Shown here: one piece after another, positions 44,974 to 58,810 of the stretch | Layout: each line of letters opens with the position of its first letter | Position numbering within the stretch: the stretch's first letter is position 1 | NCBI RefSeq assembly: GCF_009914755.1 | Contig: NC_060930.1 | Source: the human T2T-CHM13v2.0 reference genome, Homo sapiens | Reading direction: 5' to 3' (one strand) | DNA length: 64,000 nt | Translations under genes and position numbers: made by a program | Notes under the pieces: model-generated | Told to the model about the DNA's origin: nothing | Databases searched by the model: none | Seen by the model: the letters and a program-made list of their open reading frames with translations, nothing else

Positions 44974-45240
44974 GTTTTGTTTTTGTGTTTGAGACAGAGT
45001 CTAGCTCTGTTGCCCAGGCTGGAGTGTAGTGGTGCAATCACAGCTCACTGTAGCTTCGACCTCCTGGGCTCAAGGGATCCTCCCACCTCAGCCTCCTGAG
45101 TAGCTGGGGCCCACAAGTGCATGCCACTATACCTGGCTAATTTTTAAAACTTTTCTGTAGAGATAGGGTCTCACAAGTGATCCTCTCACCTTGGCCTCCC
45201 AAAGTGTTGGGATTACAGTTGTGAGCCACTGTACCTGGCC
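44974..45240 (-). mobile_element. Alu (AluJ-like) with internal deletion
   Basis: Antisense Alu; gggtctcac joins directly to aagtgatcct. Confidence 0.9.
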
Positions 45241-45909
45241 AGTAATTTTTGTTAATGGCATGTGAACATGACTGCCATACATTATTTATATATTAAGGGT
45301 AGATTCACTTCAGGGAAGGGCTCATAAAATCTTTGCATTAAAACACCCTCTAGTGAGTCTGCATTTTTCTGTTTTCATAGCTGGAAAGCATGCCTGTTTA
45401 GAAAATTTTAATTCTCATGAAGGAAAGACAAATGCTAATAAATGCAATTCCGAGTTTTAAAATGATAAAATGCCCTTTAGCCACCCAGTGCTACAAAATT
45501 AGAGGTGCAGTCATATACTGGAAGGTCAGGCCAAGCAGAGGTGGAGATGTCAGAGGGAGATATAGCTACAGAACCTGCCTGGGATCATGGTCACTTATGA
45601 CAGGGAAAAATATGATGGGCAGTTCTAATGTTATGAGGCTTTCCCTACTAGTAAGATAGTCTTGCAAAGGGCAGAAGTCTCTGACGATGCACAAACATTG
45701 AGATTTTCCCATCATTCGTGTCATCTGAAATAAATGGCATAAATATTTATTGTCCGATTCTAGTTGGCTAAGAGCTGAACTGCCTCATGTGGGGTAAATG
45801 AAGCTAGGAACTAAGATAATTTTAAAGCCCAATGTAACCAGAGAAATAATTGCTATGAGACTTACAGCTGGATACATATTTAAGATATCTGGTCTTTTCC
45901 ACTGAGCAG

Positions 45910-46072
45910 ATAGCAGAAGACTGCTGCCTGACGATTGTGGGCAGCCTGGTAACATCTGGCTCCAAGCTAGGCCTGGCCCTGGACCAGAATGCTGACAGCC
46001 AGTTCTGGAGCTTGAAGTCCGATGGCAGGATTTACAGCAAGTTGAAGCCAAATTTAGTTTTAGACATTAAAG
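45910..46072 (+). CDS. CRYBG1: CRYBG1 ricin-B lectin domain exon 2 (IAEDCCLTIVG...SQFWSLKSDGRIYSK...LDIK)
   Basis: actgagcag|ATA...AAAG|gtaagg; QFW repeat; 163 nt, phase 0/1. Confidence 0.93.
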
Positions 46073-46164
46073 GTAAGGGTCACTTCCTTTATTTTCTTTA
46101 TTGTAATGTGTATGTCTTTTAGTTAAGGAAAAATCTATTCATAACTTTTGAAAATGATGAATGT

Positions 46165-46425
46165 ATTATTAGTAGTAACAGTAAGAGAGCCCCTACTGTG
46201 CGCCAGCTGCTGTGCTAGCCACTTTCAGTACACCATGTCCCGTCATCTTCACAGCCGCCCTATGAGGCCTACATTATCCCCTCTCCCTCTTTTCTCCCCA
46301 GTTTTACAGACAAAACAACAACAACAACAACAACAAAACCCCGGAAGTTCAAAGGGGTTGGCCAGTTTGGCCACAATCTCACAGCTGTAACTGCTGAACC
46401 AGAATCTGGCCATAGGCTGACTTCA
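46165..46425 (-). mobile_element. MIR fragment with (CAA)n
   Basis: cctactgtgcgccag..cttcacagccgccctatgagg..ccagttttacaga. Confidence 0.6.
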
Positions 46426-46651
46426 AACATTTATTTTATTATAATAGTGTTAGGCTAAAAATCACAAGCTGAAAGGCCGTGATTGCACTTAGTTCGGTAG
46501 AGTTGATGATTCTCATGTATACACGTGACCTTTCATTGAAAAGATCTAAGATCTCAAAGGAATTAACACAGCCTACAGGATTTCAATGCAACATGTGTTC
46601 AATGAAGCTAATAGGGAGTGAACTGATGGTGCTTGGGGGAGAATAAATTTA

Positions 46652-46836
46652 GGGTGGTTGTCCTCAAACTTTATTTGCATCAGAATCACCTGGAGGGCGG
46701 GTTAAAATAGACTGTGGGGCCACATCCTCAGAGACTGAGTCTGTAGGTCTGGGGTGGGGCTGATAATTCCTTTTCTAACAAGTTCCCAGGTGTTGCCAAT
46801 GCTGCTGGTCTGAGGCCCACACCCGGAGAACCACTG
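46652..46836. mobile_element. MER5A (hAT-Charlie MITE)
   Basis: gcatcagaatcacctggaggg..gtaggtctggggtggggc..ttctaacaagttcccaggtg..gagaaccactg. Confidence 0.85.
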
Positions 46837-47182
46837 ATAGTCATTTAAAAATAACATAAGAATGACCTAACCTCTGTGTGGGAACTCAGTGAACTAGTGT
46901 GTTGCTATTGACAGGTGCAGATGGTGTGTTCATGTCATCTGGGGTAATTCTGCTTTAAATTAATGGGCACTTTTTTATTCCCTATCAGGAAAGTCAGCAC
47001 AATTGTGTTTTGTAGCGAACTGGTGATAATGTAACCATACTACATACTCCATTAATTTTTTTAAATTTTTATGAGTATATTACATACTCTATTTTAAATC
47101 ATCACTACAAAATGACTCAATTTTACTTTAATCAGGGATTTAGGCCAATGCTGTCATTAAAGTTTATGATGTAGGGGTAAAG

Positions 47183-47478
<296 letters not shown>

Positions 47479-48610
47479 GTTGTAGGGACAAGAAAGTGCT
47501 GTAATCTGATTTTTAAAAAACAACTTTTCTGGATAATGGAGAACGAATCTGGACATTTTCATCAGGGGCTTTGGTAACTGTATGGGGAGCAAAAGTGGCT
47601 GTCACTTCTGAATGATCTCCAGGTAGGTAGCTTGGCCAACCCACTTAAAACAATGGACTTAGGATCAGACAGAATCTGAGAAGTTGGAAAGATGCTCAGA
47701 AGCAAACAATGCCTTTGCCTTCATTAAAGGGGGCACTTAGGGAACACAAACTAAGCACTGCAACTACAGGCTGGATGGAGACCACAAAGATCATATAAAA
47801 TGCAAGTAGTACCCTTGGATATAAGAAAATAAATGCAATATTCAGAAACCAAACAGTAACATATAGTACAGCTCCCTCACCTTACATTTGGTACAACAGA
47901 TTTGTCAATATGTAGACAGGTGAAATACTCATTTTATAGATGATCAACCTGAGGTTCAAACTAGTTAAGAATTATGCAGATCTTTGTTTATTCTTATTTT
48001 GATAAACTTTATTGCACTAGAGTGCTTCAGTGTTGACAAGAGTTTCAAAATCTCCAGAGACACCAAAGAAATGTGACTCAATTGGAAAAAATGGAGTTTT
48101 TGACACAATGTTAGAGAAAGTAGGGTATGTAGTTCTCAAAGGAAATCTGACCAAACCTTCCTGTTTTTTACAAATGTGATCTGCTTCCTATGTCCAGGGT
48201 GGACAACACTATGATCCTTAGCTAGAGCTTTCTTCTCTTATTCTTTCAACATGTATTCACGGGGTACACACTATGTGCCAGGCTCGGTGCTAGACACGGA
48301 GGGCACCAGCGTGAAAAAAAAAAAAAAAAGCCTCCTCCTTGGCTTCAGACAGTTTACGTTCTAGATGCGCTAGGCACACAGGATGTCCCTGACTTGTTAC
48401 ATTAGCAGCGGACCAGAAGGAAGGACACCTCACTCCTTGTCTTGGCTCTGACATGAACCGTGGGACTCTAGGTTTCTTAAGACTTCTTTTTAAAGCTCCA
48501 GAGCCCCTTCCTAAATGACACTATATAAATTACTCAAGTGCCTGCTGAGTAAGCATAATGTCCCGTATATTTGTGAAATCTCAGTATCTAGCACGGTAGC
48601 AACAACAGTC

Positions 48611-48784
48611 TTTTTTTTTTTTTTTTTTTTTTTTTTGAGACGGAGTCTCACTCTGTCGTCCAGGCTGGAGTGCAATGACACGATCTCGGCTCACTGCAAC
48701 CTCCGCCTCCTGGGTTCAAGCAATTCTCCTGCCTTAGCCTCCTGAGTAGCTGGGATTACAGGTGCCTGCCACCACGCCCGGCTA
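48611..48784 (-). mobile_element. 5'-truncated Alu (right monomer)
   Basis: 16-bp TSD tagc[a/t]acaacagtctt at 48597 and 48783. Confidence 0.92.
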
Positions 48785-48841
48785 GCTACAACAGTCTTAA
48801 TTCCTTGTTAAACTGAATTTAATTTTCTCAGACTGGGAGAA

Positions 48842-48860
48842 TGGTGCCATCTTGTGGACA
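48842..48860 (-). promoter_or_regulatory. Candidate CTCF binding site
   Basis: Minus strand TGTCCACAAGATGGCACCA is close to the CTCF core CCACYAGRKGGCRS; retained CpGs nearby. Confidence 0.55.
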
Positions 48861-50618
48861 TGAGAGAGCAGCGCCGCACGTCCCACACCCCATGCAAAGG
48901 AAAATATAAACACGTCTCTTCTCGTTGGTGCACTTACTAGCAGACCATGATTTCCATTAGCTACAACTACTGAACCATTTGTTATCTATTAAAATTGCCC
49001 TAAGAATTATTAGATCATGCATCTGTCTTCTAGCTCATCTTCTTGTGTTTGGGAAATGAGTTCTTTTGGTAGACATTCATGTATTATTCCAGACCACATA
49101 CCTTGTAACAACAGTGGAAGCTGATTCATGTTCACTTTAAAAAACATGAAGTCTGCACAATTTAAACACTCTCCAAAGGCAAGAGAATGAATCAAATTAT
49201 TTCTCAAGAACTTTCTAGTTTTCATGATTCTAGTTGAATTTATATGAAAGTATTTTAAGATACTTTACTTTTAAAATACAAAAGATACTCTTAAAATACA
49301 AAAAGTATTTTAACATACTATAATGAAGAATGAAAAGAGACATTGTGACTTTAATACTTCCTGAAATTTCAGTGGAGTATGCTGTGTGTCTCTGTCTCGG
49401 CAGAGTGTAGGGTTTGCTGGTAGTTTTTTCCCTACTGCTACAAACTTACACATAAAGGCCCAAAACACCTTACCCTTGTATTCTATAGTACATCTAGCCA
49501 TACATCTAGCTGTGTAGAGGCTGTAGATTACCAATGATGATAAATCAGTGTCTCACAAGAGAAGAGACGATTTCCTTCCTCAACTATAATACCTAGATTT
49601 ATTGTGTAAATTCCCAAACCTTTTTCATATTTTGTAAATGCTTCAAAGGTGAAAAGAATGTTTATTTCTTCTTGATCCAAGGAGGAAGCATGCTTTCAAT
49701 ACCAGTCACTCCCTGCATCAAAATGCACAGATTTTTACTTTGATGGGGTCTTTGTTGATACATCCTTGGTGCTGAGGTTTATGCTAAAAAAAGGATAAGC
49801 CATCTGAAGGGATCTTTATTCTACACTGGAAAAAAAAAAATCAGATAACCCTTTTGTTAATGATACTTCTCCAAAGAAAGAAGCCATGAGGCTGTTTTTA
49901 GCACTAAAGTATCTGAAACATCCAGTAAGCACCTTTGGAAAATCTTACAAACATTCTGGTAACAGGGAGAGAGTTCATGATAATAGTTTTACAATACTGT
50001 GGTACTCAGCATCCTAAATGCTATGAAATTTTATCCACCAACTGAGTCCCCAGTAGTGACAATGCTACCGCGTCCCCTTATGTACTTCCGGGTGTCATCC
50101 AAACCTCCCCTTTGACCTAATACAGCCCGTTTTCATTGTTCATGCAAGTGCTGTTCCTCGATAACCATTCCTCCCACCTTTCCACCACTGCCAGGACTAC
50201 CTGCTCTTTCCTCGCTGGTGTCTCGAATCTACCATCTCACCACCAAATATATGTTAGTCTCTTTACTCCTTTTCCCTTCTCTCGGGTTTTCCCAGTTCCC
50301 TTGAATTTCAGACATTGTAAGAGTGACTGTGGACTAGCTCTTAAGAACTGGGTAGAAAAAGGAGCCCGTGAGGTGGGATGTCCTGTGTGAAGGTGCTGGT
50401 GCCCCAATGGTGGGATCTGGACAGATTCACCCATGGCAGGTTGACCCTCTCATCCCACAGGGGCCCAGGCTTCCCTCCCTGCCTTGCCTCCTTGAGGCAT
50501 GCAGTTCTACACCTTGTTTACTTGCTTACTTTTGCTGTACTGGTGTTAGGGGAATTGTGTCTGCTATAGACCCTTCACCATGGGTACATTCATCTTTTAT
50601 TATTTTCCTTTCTTTTAG

Positions 50619-50713
50619 GGGGCACACAGTATGATCAAAATCACATTATCCTCAACACTGTCAGCAAAGAGAAGTTTACACAAGTGTGGGAAGCCATGGT
50701 CCTATATACCTGA
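50619..50713 (+). CDS. CRYBG1: CRYBG1 last coding exon (GTQYDQNHIILN...TQVWEAMVLYT*)
   Basis: ttcttttag|GG; third QxW repeat (QVW); TGA at 50711-50713 in frame with the upstream phase-1 donor. Confidence 0.95.
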
Positions 50714-51387
50714 ACAAAGAAGGAAGAAGAATCTTCTGGAGGTCCTTCCAGCCACCTTATTTCTTAAAAAGGACAATGCTGATGGAAGACCAGACTGGAA
50801 AGTGGATCGACTCCTCCTTCATTGATTCTAAATTCAACCTTAAATCATGCTGCCATGACTCAGAGAACTTACTCATCGTTTCAAAAGACTATCATAGCTT
50901 TAAACCAATAATTTGTCCTCCTTTCATTTCTTGCCTTTCATTTTTGGTAGCTGCTTAAACAGGTTGCCTAATTAGCAGCTTTTGGGTGATTTTGTAAAAT
51001 GTTATATCAAGATTTCAAGACTGTGTACATTTTAAATTATTTCCAAAGATAGTGACAGGAGAGAACTGGAACAAATTTACCAACTTTGTGGACCTACAAA
51101 GCCCTTACACTTTAAAGGGTAAGACAAAGGCTTAAGTTTGAAAGGTAGAGAACTGTTTAGCATCTGAGAAGAAATACTTTATTAGGCCTGTAATTTTGGT
51201 TCTTGGCCTTAAACACTTTCTGGAACCTTTAAATATGCTGCATAGCACAATGGGAAAGCCTTAGGTATTCACACATTTAAGGAACTCTAAACAAAATACT
51301 ATTTTCCTTTAGTTCATATTAAAAATTAATACATTTTAAAAATTTAATGTCAAAGTCTGGTAACATTTGTTAGTAGGATTTGAGTTA

Positions 51388-51669
51388 TTATTTTTTGAGA
51401 CAGGATCTCAGGCTGGAGTGCAGTGGCACAATCACGGCTCACTGCAGCCTCTACCTCCCCAGGCTCAGGTGATCCTCCCACCTCAGCCTCCCAAGTAGCT
51501 GGGACTATAGGCACACATCACCAAGCCCAGCCAAATTTTGTTTTTTTTTTGTAGAGATGGGGTTTCATCACGTTGCCCAGGCTGATCTCGAACCTCTGGG
51601 CTCAAGCAATTCACTCGCCTCGGCCTCCCAAAATGCTGGGATTACAGGCCTGAGCCACTGCGCCCAGCC
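51388..51669 (-). mobile_element. Alu (AluJ-like) in the CRYBG1 3' UTR
   Basis: Antisense Alu; TSD aggatttga[g/a]ttatt. Confidence 0.93.
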
Positions 51670-52572
51670 AGGATTTGAATTATTTTAACTCATCCATGGG
51701 CTGCCCTAGAATGTCACAAATGAGGGTTGTTTAATGCCTTTCTTATAGCTGCTACTGGAACACTATTATGACCTAATTTATGAGCCATCCTTACTCATCT
51801 ACAAGTGCTGAAGCAATGTTACATACTTTTTTGCTAAACTCAGATTTTTTAGCCTAATTTCTTGTCCTCCTATCCACCTGCATCCACACATGGCCTGCAT
51901 GGGGCTGCCTTCCCTGCAGTGTTCTGCAGCCATGCTTCAGGGTATAGCTGTTGGTGGACAGCCTCAGGTCTTGGGGGCACTATAGCCACTAAACGAGGTG
52001 TGAAAGGCTCAAGAGGATGACCAGCAATTAATTATCCCCAGAAAGTGAAGGAAAAGAGACCTTTAGGGATGTTGCTGGTCAAGTCTTGATTTGACCGGAG
52101 TCAAATCAATCTTCAAGCAATCTTGGAATCCTCAACTGCAGTAAGCATTTCAAAATGCAAACAAACTGCTTAACAACTGACAAGACACCAGCCCATACGC
52201 TGCTCTTCCAACAGTGGGTTCTAGCTTTGAACAAAAGTGCTAAACATTTCCTTGAATATATTCTTCCTCTTTTTGTCCTCATCACTCAATACTGGTGCTC
52301 TTGTCACAGGTAGAACAGCTTGTTTCTTTTCCATCTATTCAAGTGTGTTTCTAATTCTAAAATGCTGATCTTCTCTGGAGTCTATGGTAGGCAATTATGG
52401 TCACTGGAATAGTTTGTCTTGTTTTAAAATATTATTGGTGCATGTACAACAGCATCCAACATATCTGTCTTGTTCCTAGATATATAGCTCTGATTTTAGG
52501 CCTTTTGTGCATACCATTACAATATGGTGGGGTAAGACATTCTACAGTAGCCTGTGCTGAACTGATCTCTTA

Positions 52573-52578
52573 AATAAA
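52573..52578 (+). terminator. Poly(A) signal of CRYBG1
   Basis: AATAAA with upstream TGTA (about 52443) and U/GU-rich downstream sequence (tatgttgatg). Confidence 0.75.
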
Positions 52579-53564
52579 CTTGCTTCTGGTTAACTATGTT
52601 GATGAAATCTGAGAGTCCATTCAGTAGCCCTCATCTCACCCTTCAAAGAGAGTCAGCTAGCAGATTAGAAACAAATGTCTGATTAGGATGAAGCAGGTTT
52701 GAGGGGTGCTGGTATAATAGCAAGAAAGATTTGCTGACCACTCTCTTTCCAAACTCCATAGTTTCTGAGTGGAAACGAGGATGAGTGAGGTCCTGGCTCA
52801 AGTATTTTACTCCCACTACCACCTGGGAGCCCTCCAGGAAAAGAGCTGAGGCTGCTCCAGATGGAAGTCAAGAGCAGCTGGTATTTACACCTGGAAAATC
52901 AGATTTTTTTTTCTTTTGCAATAACTCGGTAGTAAGACCAGACCAACAATTTTAGAGAAAAGCCTACATCTAACATACATGCTACCAAACGAGTGTCTAA
53001 CAGGAATAAACCAAGCAGAAATCTCAAAACAGGTCTACATCAAAAGTTACAAGCAAGCATATCAGGTGCAATACTGAGGATGAGTATATTAGGAAGTAAA
53101 AACACTTACCGTAAATGAATATTCGAAGTGCACACTGCAATGGGTTGATTGGAGAGATATCTAAATGTAAACATTTGACATCAAAGTGGCAAGCTTTGGG
53201 CTCCATTGGAAGGCTGCAATTTCCATGGAAAAGCCCTCAGAGAAGCATGTTTCAATTGCCGAAACAGGCCTAATCCTTATGCAAGATGTAAGGGTTTTAA
53301 AAAGTTAGAAACTCTGCTCTCACCTTTCAATATTAAGAGCATAAACAAATGAATCACCAGGCAGATTTTTATATATGACACTAAGAGATTTAGAACTTTA
53401 AGAGCTGTGGTGACCACATTATGGTGGAGGAACAAAAAAGGAAACCTTGGCAGTTAGAAAGCTGCTCAGTGATGAATTCAAGAAGGAACCAGCTTTAAAT
53501 TATCTCTTCATGCCAACATCCATCTATACACTGAAAGTTTTAGTATTGTACATTAAGACGATCA

Positions 53565-53849
53565 GGCCCAGCAGGGTGGTTCACGCCTGTAATCCCAGAA
53601 CTTTGGGAGACTGACATGGTGGATCACTTAAGCCCAGGAGTTTGAGACCAGCCTGGGCAACATGGCAAAACTGTCTCTACTAAAAATACAAAAAAACTAG
53701 CTGGGTGTGGTGATGCATACCTGTAGTCCTACCTACTTGAGAGGCTGAAGCAGGAGAATCGCTTAAGGTCAAGGCTGCAGTGAGCTGTGATTGTGCCACT
53801 GCACTCCAGCCTGGGTGACACAGCGAGACCCTGTCTCTAAAACAAAAAA
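53565..53849 (+). mobile_element. Alu (AluJ-like) between the two gene ends
   Basis: Sense Alu; TSD-like aagacgat / aagacaat. Confidence 0.92.
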
Positions 53850-54005
53850 GACAATAAAGTAGTTTAAGCTAGTAAAACAGAAGGTGCCACAACAACCTGC
53901 AAAGCCAGTGTGAAGGAACAGCTTGAAAAAACTTCGAATTTCTACTGACTACAGACAAATCCAAGTGCTGATATTTTTATATCAATTACTGGCCAAAATG
54001 GTGTG

Positions 54006-54011
54006 TTTATT
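54006..54011 (-). terminator. Candidate poly(A) signal of RTN4IP1
   Basis: TTTATT on + (AATAAA on -) about 130 nt downstream of the RTN4IP1 stop. Confidence 0.6.
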
Positions 54012-54142
54012 TTTTAAAGCTTGTATCATGGAATGTATAATCTAATCTGGAAAAATGTTTGAAAGGGATGGCTAGAAAAAAATTTGGGCTCACAGGCACT
54101 CACCAAATAAGAACGTCAACAATCACTAAACTGCATTTTTAT

Positions 54143-54319
<177 letters not shown>

Positions 54320-55649
54320 TTAGTTTCTTGACGGTGTCCCTCAAGCCACAGTCTCTCTCAAGTGTCTCTCCAGTGGACCCAGGTCAGGCTCTCACAAGGG
54401 CCATGATGCTGCCTCCACTCCTGCCTCACTGCTGCTTCTCTCTTTATGGCCCCTCCCACCTCACTGCCCAGTCTTACTTCTCCTCCATGCTGGTCTTTCA
54501 CTCTCCTACTTAGAACCGTTCAACAGCTCCCACTCCGGCATTCGAAGACCAATAGCATCCTGAGCTCAGCCCTCATCCAGATTCCATGCTTTGCAAAAAC
54601 GCTCTACCTGCCATTTTCTCCACGTGGTATGTTTATGCCTCTGCTGGTACGAGTCAGTAAGCCCAGAAATCCTTCTCTGAAAATTCCACTGCCCTTCCCG
54701 CCCAGGTCTCACACTGTGTGTCCTCATGCCCCAGTTTGCAACGTGTTGTCCCTTTCAACTCCCACAGGAACCATGTGGCCTTCCTCACAGACTGTACTTG
54801 TTACAGCTGAGTACACATCTCAGCCACTCTGTGCTGTGTGGTAAATACCAAAGAGAACATCCCAAGGTCCTTGCTGTATGTATCCATCTGGCTCCTTACA
54901 GAGAGTGCATGGAAATAGTTTTTTTTTTGTTTTTTCTTTGTTTTTAATTTGTTAAGTGTTTGGCATATCTACCCAACCAGAGCATAAAGTACTTGTGGGA
55001 TAGGGGACTAAGCCATTTTGTTTGCATCCCCCACAACACCAGGCATAATGCTAGACATACAGTAGGAGCTTCATCAATGTCACTTAGGTGAAAGCTAATA
55101 AGGTAAGTGGGAAAAACGCACCTCATGTGAGCTTTCTGGGCTTCGAGAATACTTGGCCCAGGCTGGAGCTGCCCTGGCAGGCTTTGCTAAACAACGGTGC
55201 AGCCGGTTACAATTTACAAGAAAGTCATTCCAGCCAGCTCATAAATGTTTCAATGCTGCTGGGTCTTTTCACTGTACTATCAGTAATGCCAGCAACCTCC
55301 TTCTGAAACTAGGTCCCAGGTAACATCCTCTCCATGCAAAAATCCAACTGAATTCTTCCTTTTCAAAACTTTAAGCAAAAATCAATAGTTATCCACCAGG
55401 TATCTCAGTGGCCTGCCTCCCATAGCTCCACTGGCAGGCATAAGTTATCAGAAGGCATAAGCCAACTCATACATTTTACGCTTTCCTTTTACAAGAGGAA
55501 GAAGTGTTTTCGTGACATTCAGATGCATCTGATGAAACTTCCTCTTGGATGAATTTCACAGCCAAGCCACCAGAAGAGCATCTTAGACTCCAAAAGTTCC
55601 CTTCTCCAAAGAGCTGAAAATACTTTTGTACCCACAAATCACAATAAGC

Positions 55650-55900
55650 TCATAATAAAAGCAACAGCTGGCACATACTGGCCTCACTATGTGCCAGGCA
55701 CTGTTTTAGGGGCTCTAGAGATTTCATCTCATTTAATCCCCATAACCATTTTCTGGGGTAAATACTGTTATTCCCATTTTACAGATGAATAAATCAAGGA
55801 ACAGAGTTAAATAAGTTGCCCTATGTCACACTTCTGATAAATAGCAAGTCAGGATTCAATCTGATGCCATCATCTGCTATCACCATTATGCACTGAGCCT
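55650..55900 (-). mobile_element. MIR
   Basis: cactatgtgccaggcactgttttag..catctcatttaatcc..attcccattttacagatga. Confidence 0.8.
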
Positions 55901-56309
55901 TTCCTATAGCATCTGCTGCTGTCTACACCTACCCCTAAAACCTTAAAGGAAGGGAAAGGTAGCCAAGGACTGTAAGGATTTATCACAGCCTGCATGTTGG
56001 CCTGCCTTCCTTGTGCCAGCTGAGGACCTGGTCTCTCGACCCTGTGTCCAGGCCACCAAGATGACAGATGTGTGCTACACGGGTGCCATCCACGCCTATG
56101 GAGGACATCACTATTGCTGATCCCCCACAAGCTGAGCATGACCTCAGAATCTTCACCACTGCAGCCACTATTAACTGCTCTGAGCTGGCTTGTGAGACGA
56201 AGCCTATTTGTCTTCTATTCTCTCCAAGAATAAGGCAGAGGGCTGTGGTGAGTCCCACTTTAGGGTGGACTGCATTAATGTTGCAGAATGGAATGCATTG
56301 ATGTTTCTC

Positions 56310-56703
<394 letters not shown>

Positions 56704-58810
56704 TCACCTGAATGCATGCCTAAAATGCAGAGTCCAAGGCCTCCTGTTAGAACAACTACATCAGAACCTGTAGGGGGTGGGGCAGAAAAATGCTTCCCCA
56801 GTGATCTGTATGCACCCTAAAGTGGGACTCACCCAGCCCTTTGCCTTATTCCTGGAATCCCTAACTTGTACCATGCACATACCCATCCATTCCACAGACT
56901 GACAAAGTGCCTGCCTCCTAAGGCACTAAACCAAAACCGGCTGAACTGAATGTTCAATTTAGAGCTCTGACCGGGGACACAGATCCTGAACTGATGACAC
57001 AGGCAGCTTACAGTTACTGCCCACTTTAATCTGGCTGGTCAGGCCTATTGTGGCAAATAACCCGAGAGGGCTGACCACGGCACAATGAGTCATTCAGCAA
57101 TTCCCGTAAGTGACAATGGAAAAAAAGGTTTCAAATTGAAGGCAGGCAAATGCCACTGCTGGCTGAATCTGTGACAGCAAACAGAGATTAACTGGATAAT
57201 GAGACAGTGTCTATGTACAGCCTCACATCAGGCCTAGAATACTTGTTTGTTAAGGACAAAGGGATCAGAGTTAAAATACAGAGGGGGGAAAGAAAGGTTA
57301 CTCACAGTGAAGTAGGGATGTTTATGTGATGACGCTGCTATAGTCCACCTGGCACAGGGAGCCCTGTTATAAAGCGGGCAGGCTCAACACCATGCTTCCC
57401 ACTGCGCAGACACACGAGGCTCACAGCCGGCCAGGGACGCTCACAGCAGCAGCCCTCATTCAGTCTTGGATTCATGTGTGGGGTGCTGATTGTGCCTCGC
57501 ATCCCTGATACAAAGGCTGAACCAAGCCAAGCCCCAAGATTTGGCACCCGCTGCCTGACATCACTTCTGTGAGAACGTAGGGACGACGGGAACCTTAACC
57601 TCTCTGGATGTGGCCTTGGAATATTGCTGCTTACAAGACGCTAGGCAAGTCCTCCTTCCTGCTGAGGCAAAAACCCTCTCTAACACTTGAGGCTTCGGAA
57701 GACGGTACAGAAAACCTCTCACTACTGCAAGAGCATGAAGCTGCTGGTGGAGAAGGACACTGTCTAGGCAGCCATGGCAGCAGGCAGAGGTTTTCCCTCA
57801 ATTCCCGTTTTCCCAGTGAGAATCACAAAACAGTAGAGTTAACATATCCGAGTGGGCCTCTTTTGATAGATTAGGAAACTGAAGTGCAAATGATTGAGTG
57901 GTAAGTGCAAGGTCAGAGCTGTCAATAGCAGAGCCAAAACAAGGACCCAGGACTCCTAATGTCATTACTGCATGGAATGGATGTAATCTGGGAAGTCACA
58001 GTCTATTCCACTTCTTTTCCTAGACCCTTGGCCTCTTCTTCCACCAGGCACAGAGGCTGCAGATCTCAGAGGGTGAGGTGTGTGAGGGGACACTGACAGG
58101 TGACAAACACCAAGGAAGACCTAAGGGCTCCTGGTCTGAGTCCAAATCCACACACCTGTGGACAGGCACCAGGACCGCAGTTCCAGCACTACCTCCTGGA
58201 CAGGTATGCCCCTGACCTCTGTGAAAGGTTCAGTATTTCCTGGGTTGGGGTAAAGGGGAAGAAGGGGACTTAAACTCAGTCTACCTTTAGACAAAAAGAA
58301 GACAAAAGGAAGAGGTGAATTTTGCTCTCAGTTGCTGTTTCTCGGAAACTTCCTGCCCCAGATGGCAAACTCAAAACTGGAAGATGGGGTGAGACAGGAG
58401 GGGGATGGCAGATGGGGGAACTCTCCAAGGGAGTAAGTGTGCCATTTGGGAAAGCATCAAGGACTTGTCCCTAGGTACCCCTAAAAAATGCACTTCCAAC
58501 AGCCAGAAGGTGAGAGGAGAAACCCCATATAAATTTCCTCATAGAAACAATTTCAGTAGCATCAGAAAAACCTCAGAAGCATTGAGGCCATGGGATCCAT
58601 GAGATACTTGCCACATCAGGCAAGGCAGCCCTCTTCCAGTGGTCCTAGGGATTCAGTCCCTAATCACTACATTCTTTCTATGGAGCAAAATCCAGTGGCA
58701 ATAAAGAACTTAAGGTTTAGAATGTACTTCGTTGCTAAACGAGGGCCCAGCTATTCAAGACGGACCTGGGAAATCACCTACCTCAGAACTCATTACATTT
58801 TTCTCGAAAG

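Larger units (their letters stand above)
50714..52600 (+). other. CRYBG1: CRYBG1 3' UTR (proximal form, about 1.9 kb; end approximate)
   Basis: Follows the stop codon; first canonical AATAAA I found is at 52573. Confidence 0.75.

Noticed and set aside
52901-52920. Possible distal RTN4IP1 3' end
   Set aside because: T-run on + is an A-run on the transcript (internal-priming risk) and I see no canonical hexamer positioned for it
58353-58368. Second CTCF-like motif GCCCCAGATGGCAA
   Set aside because: Mismatches at the 5' CC and 3' end; too weak to call by eye
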